In this document: in pieces, positions 54,723 through 64,000 of the stretch
How the letters are laid out: each line of letters begins with the position of its first letter
How positions within the stretch are numbered: the stretch's first letter is position 1
DNA from: Porphyridium purpureum
Taxonomy: Eukaryota
NCBI GenBank assembly: GCA_008690995.1
Contig: VRMN01000014.1
Coordinates: 124,001 to 188,000, forward strand
Length of the DNA: 64,000 nucleotides
Direction of reading: 5' to 3'
The notes under the pieces: generated by a model
What the model saw: only the letters and a program-made list of their open reading frames with translations
What the model was told of the DNA's origin: nothing
Databases searched by the model: none
Position numbers and translations under genes: made by a program

Positions 54723-56308
54723 TCGGGAAAATAAAAAAAACGCAGCCACCGAGAACAGGACCGTCGCATCAACTGCGGCCGGCAGAGCAGATGCAAGTGC
54801 TCGCGCGCCCGCGCACCAGCATGATTTTATTTGACATCGTTGAAAGCGCTGTCATTGTACGCGGGTCCTCGGGATGCCGCAAGGACGTGGAGAAGGACTC
54901 GCGCACAGCCAGCAAAACCGACGGCTCAAAGACACCACGCGCCGGCTTGGTTTGAATCCAAGTAGCTATTCGACGTGAAGCTGGACGTGCGCACGCGAGG
55001 ACCCGGGTTGGTTTGGCACATTCACGCAGCTTGTACGCTGCAACCACCAATCTTTTCCATCTTCAGATTCGCATGAGCTGTGGTCTGTCTTTGAGGTGAG
55101 CAGGTGCGTTGACTGAAGACACACAGACGCACAGCATGCTAGTGTTTGCAGTTTACGTTGCAGAGCTCCAAGGAGAGGCGTGCAGCTTCATCGAAGCGCA
55201 TCACCGCCCTGGACACGGCCTCGTGGTGAGCCAAGACTGCACATGGCTGTGAAATGGGGCTCAGATTGCGCGACCTCGGCGTTTTCAAAGAAGAATGGGC
55301 ACAGACTAGGATGCTTACAGAACGCATGCGGCATGTTTGGTGACACTTCTCCAGGAGCAGTAGGTCATACTGCGTAATGATTCTTCGTGGATCATGACTG
55401 TGCGCTTTGTGTCAGGGCTCGCATCATCAACAGCGCAGCCCACTGATGCCGCTGTTCCATGCCGCTTTGGGGGTTGCCTGATCGCTTCACGGCATCTTTC
55501 TCTTGCGCGCTCGCTTCCTGCAATTTCAGCCTCTTCAACAGAGGGCAGGAGAATTCAGGCTCGTCTCTGGAGCTGAGCAGGAATGCACGAGGAATGGCTA
55601 CCTCAACAACGATGCTTTCGCTCGACCGATCTGACGTTCTACACACGGTCAAAAGCAGCGCGCGCGAACATCCGCGAACGATTCACACGCTTTCACATCA
55701 CAACTGCGGCGTCCACCCGTGGCCCGCTGCTGCGAAAACCTACAATACAGCGCCCAGCCCTCGGCTCGTTGGACGAGGACTTCTCTCGAACCAGCACGGA
55801 CTTTCTTTCGTTTTCACACGAAGCAGCTGCAGCGCTTTTCAACGCCGAGCCTCGCCTTGACGGGTTCGCGGCGTATTTCGTCGCCGCGCGCCGAGATGCA
55901 CGAGCCCGTAGCGACTGAGGTACGTGAGTGCGAGCGCACAACAGGCGTGCGCGCCACGGCTATTCCCGAGTGCGCCGCCTCCCACCCCAAGACGCAAGCC
56001 GCAACCCGCCAACCCTACCCTAATCTGTGCGGTAGGGTTTCGGCGCAGTTCCTAGTAAACCCGGCTGTTTTGCTATGGCGCGCGCGTGTCGGCTGCGGGC
56101 GGGTCGCGCGGGTGTGCGCGGGCGAGTGAGGCGGGCGCGTTGGGCGTTTGGGGAGGACAGGCGATTGCGACGGTGAGGGCGCTCGCGCTGATTGCGGCGG
56201 CGGCGGCGACAGCGGCGCGGCGGCGGCGGTGGTGCTGGCGGCGGTGGGGAAAGGGAGGTTGTGCGGAGGCGCGAGGGTGCGGGTCTGTGGCAGGTGTAAC
56301 TCGACAGC

Positions 56309-57823
56309 ATGGAGGCGCTGCTGGACGTCTCGCCGGACGAACTGACGTTCTATGTCGCGCCCGGCAAGAGCTGCACGAGCTTGATTCACCTCCGATCGCA
56401 GGTATCCGAGCGCGTCGCATTCAAGGTCAAGACAAATAATGCGCGGCAGTACTTTGTCAAGCCGAATCAAGGCGTGCTTCGGCCCATGGAGGAGCTCGAG
56501 ATCATCGTGCGCTTTGAGGCCGTGCACGAGATCTCCCACGCTATCCTGTCCGCCTCGGATAAGTTTCTCATCCAGACCACAAGGCTGGTCGCGGGTGACT
56601 TGACGACGATCTGGGACACTCAGGATAAGTCGGAGATTTTCTCGAAGAAGCTGAAGGCCGTGCTTGTGCAACAGGTCGATGCGACACAACCGCAGGCGGT
56701 CCAGCCGTCAGCCGAGCCGGCCGCAGATGCCGCCTCAGAAGGGGCATCAGTGGACGCAGTGCCGGCGCTACCACAGCAGCCTCAGCACGCAGCCATTCGA
56801 TCCACGCACTCAGAGCCTGCACCATCTGGCGGAGAGATGCGCCACGACCTGTCTGCCAGGACAGATCTTGGCGACGATGATGCGCCCAGTTTCTTTCAGT
56901 CCTCTTCCGTGGGCAGCCATACCCCAGAGAGCACGCTGGCAGATACGTCGAATCTTTCTGCCGCCGACCGGCTCGCCAAGCTGGAAAAGAAGGCCAAGGA
57001 CCTGAGCATCAAGTCAAAGAGGAACAGCAGCAACGTTGAACTTCTTTCAGCAAAGCAAGCGCATCTTGAAAAGAGCGTACAGGAGCTCGGCGCTTTTCAA
57101 ACGACGTCATCCCAGGATCTCGACGTTCTGCGGAGAGCGGTTGATACCTTGAGCTCGGCGCCACCTGCTGGCACATCAACAGACGATCCTCTGTGGTCGT
57201 CTTTGAGCAACAGACTGCAAGCGCTGGAAGACAAGGTAGAGCGCGAGAGCCGGGAACGCGGCGCAGAGTTCGCCGCGCGTGAGGTATCACTGTCCGAGAT
57301 GCGTGACCAGATCCTGGACATGGATCGCAACCTAAGTGATGCTAGAGAAAAGTCAGCAGCGGCGGCAGGCCTGGGCCAAGCTCTCTTGAAACTGGAAACC
57401 GCAGTTACGGGATTGCAGCAAGGTGAACGCGACACCGCGGAGCAGCTCGCCGCATTACGTGCTGCGGTGCTGCAGCTGGGATCTTCCAGCGAGACGGTCT
57501 CGCGCGAGCTGGACATGACTGCAGGAATAGCGCCAGTTGCGCCGGTGTTGGGAATCACCCGTGAAGAGGGAGACCAGATTCTTTCTCAACTTGAAAAATT
57601 GCGCAAGCAGGTAGCCGACATTCCACAGCAGAGCGAAATTCAGGCGGTGAACGAGAAGCCCAGCGACGACGCACTGGAACCTGAAGTTTTGATGCTTAGG
57701 TCGCGTTTGGACAAGATGGAGGCGGCTTCTGCGGAAGGTGGAGCCACGCCTGGCTGGCTGGTTCCGGTGCTCATTCTGCTCGGTGCCATAATATGCTACG
57801 CTCTGCTCAAGAGCATGAAGTGA
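56309..57823 (+). CDS. VAP-family protein (N-terminal MSP domain, long coiled coil, C-terminal membrane anchor)
   Basis: LDVSPDEL.F...VAFKVKTNNARQYFVKPNQGVL...DKFLIQ; C-terminal WLVPVLILLGAIICYALL. Confidence 0.88.
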   Translation: MEALLDVSPDELTFYVAPGKSCTSLIHLRSQVSERVAFKVKTNNARQYFVKPNQGVLRPMEELEIIVRFEAVHEISHAILSASDKFLIQTTRLVAGDLTTIWDTQDKSEIFSKKLKAVLVQQVDATQPQAVQPSAEPAADAASEGASVDAVPALPQQPQHAAIRSTHSEPAPSGGEMRHDLSARTDLGDDDAPSFFQSSSVGSHTPESTLADTSNLSAADRLAKLEKKAKDLSIKSKRNSSNVELLSAKQAHLEKSVQELGAFQTTSSQDLDVLRRAVDTLSSAPPAGTSTDDPLWSSLSNRLQALEDKVERESRERGAEFAAREVSLSEMRDQILDMDRNLSDAREKSAAAAGLGQALLKLETAVTGLQQGERDTAEQLAALRAAVLQLGSSSETVSRELDMTAGIAPVAPVLGITREEGDQILSQLEKLRKQVADIPQQSEIQAVNEKPSDDALEPEVLMLRSRLDKMEAASAEGGATPGWLVPVLILLGAIICYALLKSMK

Positions 57824-58006
57824 TTGGCTTGTGAGGGGACTAGAAAAGAAGCAAGCGCACGATGCGGCCAATCAAGCTGGTGGCGAGTGAACCTCTGCGG
57901 CTACCCCTCATTTTATCTATTCTAATCTCTCATCGCAAGCGCTAGCGCTTTTTTTTCGCCGATTGGGACCTTCTACTTTCTCTACGATAATGCCGATCTC
58001 GGATCC

Positions 58007-59158
58007 TCACTCAGATGCGATCGCGCGTGCAGGCGCACCCAAGTAAGATACAACACGAAGCACGTCCGCAAACACCCCGGCTGCCGTAACGGCTGCACCC
58101 GCACCGGGTCCTCGTATTGTTAGTGGCTGCGCATCGTAGCGTCTGGTTCGAAAGAGAACAATATTGTCGGACCCTTCCAGCGCACCAAATGGGTGGCTCT
58201 CTGGAAACGCTTTGAGTTCAACTCCACACGTTTTGCTATTTACATTAATCCAGCCGACGTAGCGCAAGCGCTCCTTTCTTTGCGCCGCCTCGGAAGCCAT
58301 GACTGCCAGCTCACTGTCAAACTCGGGGAGCCTGTCCATAAAAGTTGCCGTCGAAACATCCGGTCCACCCAGGGCTTGCGGCACAAGGCTCTTCACCGGA
58401 ACCTGATCAAGCTCAACCTCGAGGCCAATCTCACGGGCCAGAATGACAACTTTACGCGCGACATCCATCCCGGACAAATCATCGCGCGGGTCTGGCTCGG
58501 TATACCCGGAAAGCTTGGCCGCTGCAACGATTTCCGAGAATGGCCGGGAACCATCAAACGAATTAAAGATGAAGCTGAGCGTGCCTGAAAACACACCAGC
58601 AATCTCCAAGAAGGTGTCTCCGGTGCGCTGGAAATCTCGTATGGTCGAAAGGATCGGGAGACCGGCGCCCACATTCGCTTCGTACAGAAAGTGCGTCGAT
58701 CTCGGACCTTGGCGCTGCGCTGTGCGCAATGCCTTGTATTGCTGCGTGGTGGAAGAATTTGCCTTTTTGTTCGGTGTGACCACATGCACACCCTGCGAAA
58801 GCCAACCACAATAGTGCTGGCTAACGAGCTCAGACGCCGTGCAGTCGCACACAATCACGTGCGGGCTGTTCTGCTTCAGGTGCGCAACCAATACGTCCAG
58901 ATCCAGTGCCACGGACCCGCCTCCCGCCTCCCACTCTGTCCTCCAGACGCTCAGCTCGATTCCTCGCTGCTCAGGCGCATCTGCGGACGACAAGCGCATT
59001 CTCGTGGACGACGCGATCGCGTGCACGCACACCGCGACGCCATACACACCCCGCAACGCTTTGGCCTGCGCATCTATCTGATCCAGCAGCTCCCCGCCCA
59101 CCAGGCCTGCACCAATCACAGCCACACCGACCGTCAACACGTCATTCGGCTCGTCCAT
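58007..59158 (-). CDS. HOM6: Monofunctional homoserine dehydrogenase
   Basis: IGAGLVGGEL, DCTAS, VVTPNKKANS, YEANVGAGLP, FSGTLSFIFN, GYTEPDPRDDLSGMDVARK, GPGAGAAVTAAGVFAD; no aspartokinase domain. Confidence 0.95.
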   Translation of the reverse strand: MDEPNDVLTVGVAVIGAGLVGGELLDQIDAQAKALRGVYGVAVCVHAIASSTRMRLSSADAPEQRGIELSVWRTEWEAGGGSVALDLDVLVAHLKQNSPHVIVCDCTASELVSQHYCGWLSQGVHVVTPNKKANSSTTQQYKALRTAQRQGPRSTHFLYEANVGAGLPILSTIRDFQRTGDTFLEIAGVFSGTLSFIFNSFDGSRPFSEIVAAAKLSGYTEPDPRDDLSGMDVARKVVILAREIGLEVELDQVPVKSLVPQALGGPDVSTATFMDRLPEFDSELAVMASEAAQRKERLRYVGWINVNSKTCGVELKAFPESHPFGALEGSDNIVLFRTRRYDAQPLTIRGPGAGAAVTAAGVFADVLRVVSYLGAPARAIASE

Positions 59159-59263
59159 TCTATCCGCAGCTCTCTCGCGGCTGCTTCCGTACTCACAGAC
59201 ATCTCGCCAGGTCAAACCAGCTCAATTCAATGCCCCCGGCAAAATGGTCGGACCGTTTCGAAG

Positions 59264-59544
59264 TGTCGGCGTAGCGGTCCAGAGCCGCGCAGGCCTGTCC
59301 GCGCGCAAATGGCAGTTTCGGAGCCGTCCTCGCAACGGTCGGGTCGTGCAGGGCCCGTGGCTGGGTGGTAAGACCCACCTCGTCGCCCTGCGCTGCAAAG
59401 GCGCGCGCCGGGCTGGCGGGGTGTATAAAAGCAGCCACACCCGACGGCCGTCGCCTGGTTAGTTCTCTCACAAGAGAAGACGCAAGGAAGAGGAGTAGGA
59501 GATAACGAGTAAACGGGTCGTTCGAGAGAGACGAAGTTTAGACA
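59264..59544 (+). repeat. Putative 5' LTR (281 bp)
   Basis: TGTC...GACA termini, TATAAAA at 59424-59430, purine-rich R/U5; the partner LTR is outside the window. Confidence 0.65.
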
Positions 59545-59590
59545 ACTCCCCAGTTATTGCTTCGGTTGACCGGTTTCGGGTGAAGCAGAG

Positions 59591-60391
59591 ATGGAAAACT
59601 TGCGACAAGCACTGGTTCCGAGGATGGCGCAGGAGCCGGGAGTGCAGGTGTCGCAGCTCAACACCTACGATGGGTCGAGGGACATCATCAAGCTACAGAC
59701 GTGGCTTTTTGCGGCTGGAGATACAGTGTTTGTGCCCCTCAGGGACGCGGTTGGCGTCACCGCCACACGTGACACCGCAGTACGGGCAGCGGCAGAAGCG
59801 AAGGCGGTCCGCGTGGCCGCGACGTATCTACGTGGAAGCGCGTTGGTCTGGTGGATTGCGTTGAGCAGGGCCGGGGACGATCCCGCGGTCTGGGATACGT
59901 TTGTTCGCGAGCTGGAGGACCAGTTCACACCTCCCAACGCGGCCCGGGCGGCGTACAACGATCTGGCTGCGCTTGTGCAAAAGCACAGCGTGGCGCGTTA
60001 CATCGACGAGTTCCAGATGTGCATTCTCCGCATCCCTCGTATCACTGAGGACGAGAAGCTGGACCGCTTCGTTCGAGGTCTTAAGAAGCCACCGAGAGTG
60101 GAAGTGCTGAAGTCAGGCGCTACAACAGTAGCTGATGCCATGCGCATCGCACTGTCCGTGGATTCCGCTTACGCGGATGCCCCGCGGGGAGCGTGCGCGC
60201 GGGATGACGGCCCAGTTCCCATGGAGCTGGGTGCAGTTGGATTCTCGACGGCGCAAGGTGGCGGTACTGACAACGCCCGCAAGGTCAAATGCTGGCGTTG
60301 TGGCAAGGCAGGCCACAGGAAGGCCGATTGTCGGGCAAAGGAGGTGGATGAACCGGCGTCAGGAAAAGCGGGAGCCTCCACGCGGGCATAG
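59591..60391 (+). CDS. gag: Retrotransposon Gag (Ty3/gypsy-like capsid, PMELG motif, CCHC knuckle)
   Basis: AATYLRGSALVWW, WDTFVRELEDQF, LVQKHSVARYIDEF, RFVRGLK, GPVPMELG, CWRCGKAGHRKADC. Confidence 0.88.
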   Translation: MENLRQALVPRMAQEPGVQVSQLNTYDGSRDIIKLQTWLFAAGDTVFVPLRDAVGVTATRDTAVRAAAEAKAVRVAATYLRGSALVWWIALSRAGDDPAVWDTFVRELEDQFTPPNAARAAYNDLAALVQKHSVARYIDEFQMCILRIPRITEDEKLDRFVRGLKKPPRVEVLKSGATTVADAMRIALSVDSAYADAPRGACARDDGPVPMELGAVGFSTAQGGGTDNARKVKCWRCGKAGHRKADCRAKEVDEPASGKAGASTRA

Positions 60392-63300
60392 CCGGTCTGT
60401 CGATGGGGGCGTCCGGGGTAGCGGTCGACGCAGGCCGGAGAATCACGGCGCTGTTCTCGTCGCCGTGTAGCGTTACGGTGACGCTAGATGGCTCTGTTGA
60501 GGCGCGAGCGCTCGTTGACAGCGGCGAAAATGCCTGCTTCGTGCGACGAGACGTTGCTGATGCGCTGCATGCTGCACGTGCCGGCGAGAAAAGCGCGTGT
60601 TCAGATCCTGGTTTTAGCATTCAGTTGGCGGACGAGTCGAAGACGCATGCCAAAGGCATGCTGCGTGCGCAGGTGGAGGTCGGAGAGGTCCCTCTTTTCG
60701 GAATTGCTCGCACCCTCCTCACCGCTCATTTCCTCGGTTTAGAGAAGCTGAGCTATGATGTGGTTTTGGGGAAATCGTGGCTAGAGGCAGGTTTGCCAAA
60801 GCCGGTCGCAGAAGGCGAGGAACAAGCCGCGGAATCGTTGGCGTTGGATGGAGCCCAGGCAGCGCTGACGCATGAACTCATGCACACGCCCAGGGACCCG
60901 TCCTGTGAGGCGTGCCAGACCGGGAAACAGCGCAGAACGTCTTCTACACGTTCGGGTGCGCAAGCGGTTCGGCGGTCCGCTATTGAGGTCGATTTAATCG
61001 ATTCAGGAGCCCGGGAAGAAGGGTGGTCGCGTGGCGGGGCGCGGTACGTAATGGTCTGCCTTGACCATCGCGACCGCTGGCTCACGGTTCATGCTCTTCG
61101 GGAGAAAACGGCGGAAGCGACCGCTGCAGCGTTTATTCGCGGACTGGCAGGACAGTCGTGGCCGGAGGTCGTCAAGACAGACGACGGACGAGAGTTTACT
61201 GGGGCGTTCTCGAAAGCTGTAGTTGAGCACGGTGCGAGGCACGAAGTTGCAGTACCTCGCCGCCCGAACACGCACGCGCCCGTCGAGTCAATGAATCGGA
61301 CGCTGTTGGGAGCTGTGAGAGCCTCTCTTGTTTCCTCTGGTCCCCCTGCGCGCTTTTGGGAGGATGCGACACTGCATTTTGCATTCGTGTGGAACAGGGC
61401 CCACAGGCCAAACGGCTCTCCGCATGAAGCAAGGCATCAGGTGTTGTCCCGACAAGACAAGCTGTTGCCGTTTGGGTGCGCGGTTATGTACTTCGACGAC
61501 GAAGCGTCAAAGTTTGCGGCAAGGGCTCGTCTGGGCGTGTTGATTCGCTATCACGAAGAATCCGGCATCGTGGCAGTCGACGCAGAGCAGCTGGCAAGCG
61601 GGCGGACTCGGGAAATCGTCACAAGGGATTTCGTACCCCGGCGAGGTGAGTACCCGGCCCGTCGTCTCGGTCTGCGGCCGTTGGGAGAGCGGATATGGCT
61701 GGAGGATGAATATGAGGCAGGCGAGGGCCCAGCGGCAGAACTTTGCGGCCGATGTCATAAAAGGCGGGTCACCGCAGTGGCATGTCCTAGGTGCCTGGGA
61801 AGAAAGGCGCGCCGGCATCGGCGGGATGCGACGTGTGCGATCGGGGCCTGCAGATGCTCGCCAGCCGAAATCCTTAGTCGTGAACGTCGGGTCGCCGCTC
61901 GCGCAGAGCGGGAGACGGGACGGATTTATCAAAGCGAAAAGCGCGAGCGCGAGCGGGCCGCGCGAGCACTAGCGGTGGAAGGCAAGCGAGAGCGGAAGGA
62001 ACAGAAAAAGGCGCGGAGGGCAGCTGCTGTCCGGCTGCGTCCACAGCCCGCGAGCCTCGTGGAACCCGCGCCCAGGTTGACTGTGCCGAGGTCGACACGG
62101 TCCGTGTTACCAATGATGTGCCTTTTCACTCTCTGTTTTTTCTTCTCCTTTCTCCGAGCAAGACCTGACCGGCGAGTCCGGGCAGGCGCGTCGCCTTTTT
62201 TATACCCTTTCTTCCGCCAGGGACAGCAAGGCACCAAGAAAAATAACGATGCAAATCATTGGCATTTCTGCGCACGTCTAGAGCGTTCTGGAACCTCTAG
62301 AAGCTTCTACAAACGGTTCAACGGTCTACCGGTTTAACGGCTTACCGGTTTCGGATTAGCCGAACCGTTCTAAGCGACTGGGGTCGAACGGATGACAGTC
62401 CCGCCGTGTTGTTCGGCAGCCCGGAAAACTCAGCCTGGGGGTCACCGTCGTCGTGCCCCGCAGCGAGGTATTGGGACAATCGTGCTCCGCGAAGGCGCGC
62501 ACCGTCGAATGTGAACGATTGAAAAGGTTCGGCACATGGAACCCGATTCCAATCTCCTTTGAATCAGCGAGGCCGGACCCTTCGGCTACCTTTGTCAACG
62601 CACATTTCATTTACGCAATGAAACACGCGGAGTGCGACGTCGACAAGAGGATTGCAAAGGTTCGACTGGTTGCGGCTGGCAACAATTTGCGCGATGTAGG
62701 GGGCGCGCTAACTCATCAGGACGTGCCATACGCAGCCCCGGCAAGCCTCGCGTCACTTCGTGTCACCGTGGCGCTTGCGGCTGCTCGCGGGCACAGTGTG
62801 GCAAAGCTAGACGTGACATCCGCATACCTACAGGTCCAACTCGGAGGGCCGCCGGTATTCGTTCGACTGCCGAAGGAGCTTCCCGAGTCGCGAGATGGAG
62901 TATATAGGCTGGAGAAGGTGCTGTATGGCCTCGAGCGCTCTGGTGCGGACTTCATAGCGGAGACCTCGAAGAAGCTACAAGCCCAGGGATGGCGTGAGGT
63001 TGCTCAGTCGTTGTTCGTACGCGATAGCACCACACTGTTGGCATACGTTGACGACTTTCTTTTGACCGGAGAGCAAGAGAGTGTGCGGCGTGCGGCGTGC
63101 GATTTACAGACATTGTATGAGTTTGACAACGAGCCGGTTTTCTTGGAAGAAGATGCGCCACTCGTTTTCTTGGGAATAACTCTGCGACTGACCGCGGATT
63201 GGGTGCAGCTGGACCACACAGAGTATGCGCGCTACGCGTCACGGAACGCCTCTACGGGGCCCATGCGCAGGAAGGGACCGAGAACGTCCGACGTGGAGGC

Positions 63301-64000
63301 GGCCGTGGAGGAGTTCGAGGAGTCATTCGAAGATGACGGGCGAGCTCGCAAGGTCATTGGAGCTCTGCTTTGGCTTTCGCGTACAACTCGGCCGGATATT
63401 GCGCGTGCAACGGCGCGAGTCGCTTGCTCAAAAGACTCGAGGATTACGTGTTGTGTAACCCCAGCAGCGTGATTCGGTACCCCAGGCAACGAGTGATCGA
63501 CGGCAGTTGCCGCGTTATCGCGTTCAGTGACTCAGACTTCGCGGGCGATTCTGCTGCAAAAGCGCGCAGTACAAGCGGGGCTGCATTTTTCTTGGAATTG
63601 GGCGGCGCAAGGTATCTCGTGGACTGGTCGAGCGGGCTCCAGCGAGCTGTGTCCACAAGCTCAGCGGAGGCGGAGCTTGTGGCGTTAGCGTCGGCTTGCA
63701 AGAGAGTGTTCGCTGTCTTGGAATGTCTACCGGAGCAAGAAGGCACCAAGGTCGAGGTGCGTTCGGACAGTGCGGCGGCTTTGGGCGCCGTGCGCCGTGG
63801 ATGGTCTGCAAAACTCGCGCATGTGCGCAGGACGCAAAGGGTCTGTGTCTCGTGGCTTCACGATCTGGAGGAGCAGCAGGGCTTCATTTTCGTGTGGGTT
63901 CCTTCCTGGCGCAACGCCGCGGATATCTTAACCAAGAGCTGCGGTCCACTCGAATTCTTGCGTAAGATTGGGCTCTTTGAGAACGAACGGGTCTTTCGCA
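60352..64000 (+). pseudogene. pol: pol (protease-integrase-RT-RNase H), disrupted by a solo LTR and later frameshifts
   Basis: ALVDSG..YDVVLGKSWL; HELMHTPRDPSCEAC, EVDLID, KTDDGREF, VESMNR; KVRLVAAG, LDVTSAYLQ, KVLYGL, YVDD; FSDSDFAG, STSSAEAEL, NAADILTK. Confidence 0.88.
62105..62397 (-). mobile_element. Solo LTR (293 bp) inserted antisense between integrase and RT
   Basis: TGTTAC...TGACA; flanks GTCCG/GTCCC; minus-strand GGGTATAAAAAGG; removing 298 bp rejoins the INT and RT frames. Confidence 0.85.

Larger units (their letters stand above)
59264..64000 (+). mobile_element. LTR retrotransposon with gypsy-like Gag/protease and copia-type INT-RT-RH; runs off the right edge
   Basis: LTR-like 59264-59544, gag 59591-60391, PR-INT 60352-62104, solo-LTR insert, RT 62403-63470, RNase H ~63480-64000. 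Confidence 0.9.

Overview
Eukaryotic nuclear DNA that is GC-rich and intron-poor, with GTACG splice donors and very short intergenic spacers. It looks like a unicellular red alga (Porphyridium-like; this is inference). Bases 1-22.5 kb are a transposon graveyard: two decayed CoDi-like copia elements, an ancient copia relic, a young copia element with a near-identical copy inserted inside its own integrase, and a Tc1 (DD34E) pseudogene. Bases 24-59 kb hold host genes: a BRK-domain protein, HRQ1 helicase, thymidylate kinase, RAD6/UBC2, a bacterial-type UDP-N-acetylhexosamine dehydrogenase, PPCDC, LSM5, a bacterial-type QueA, glucosidase II alpha, RRM, LRR and VAP proteins, and homoserine dehydrogenase. 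An intact-looking chromovirus (Ty3/gypsy) sits at 32.7-39.9 kb. The most unusual items are (i) an intact queA queuosine-biosynthesis gene embedded among spliceosomal-intron genes and (ii) an LTR element at 59.3-64 kb that joins a Ty3/gypsy-type gag, -1 gag/pol overlap and protease to a Ty1/copia-type INT-RT-RNaseH. Several essential genes carry small frameshifts that look like assembly errors.
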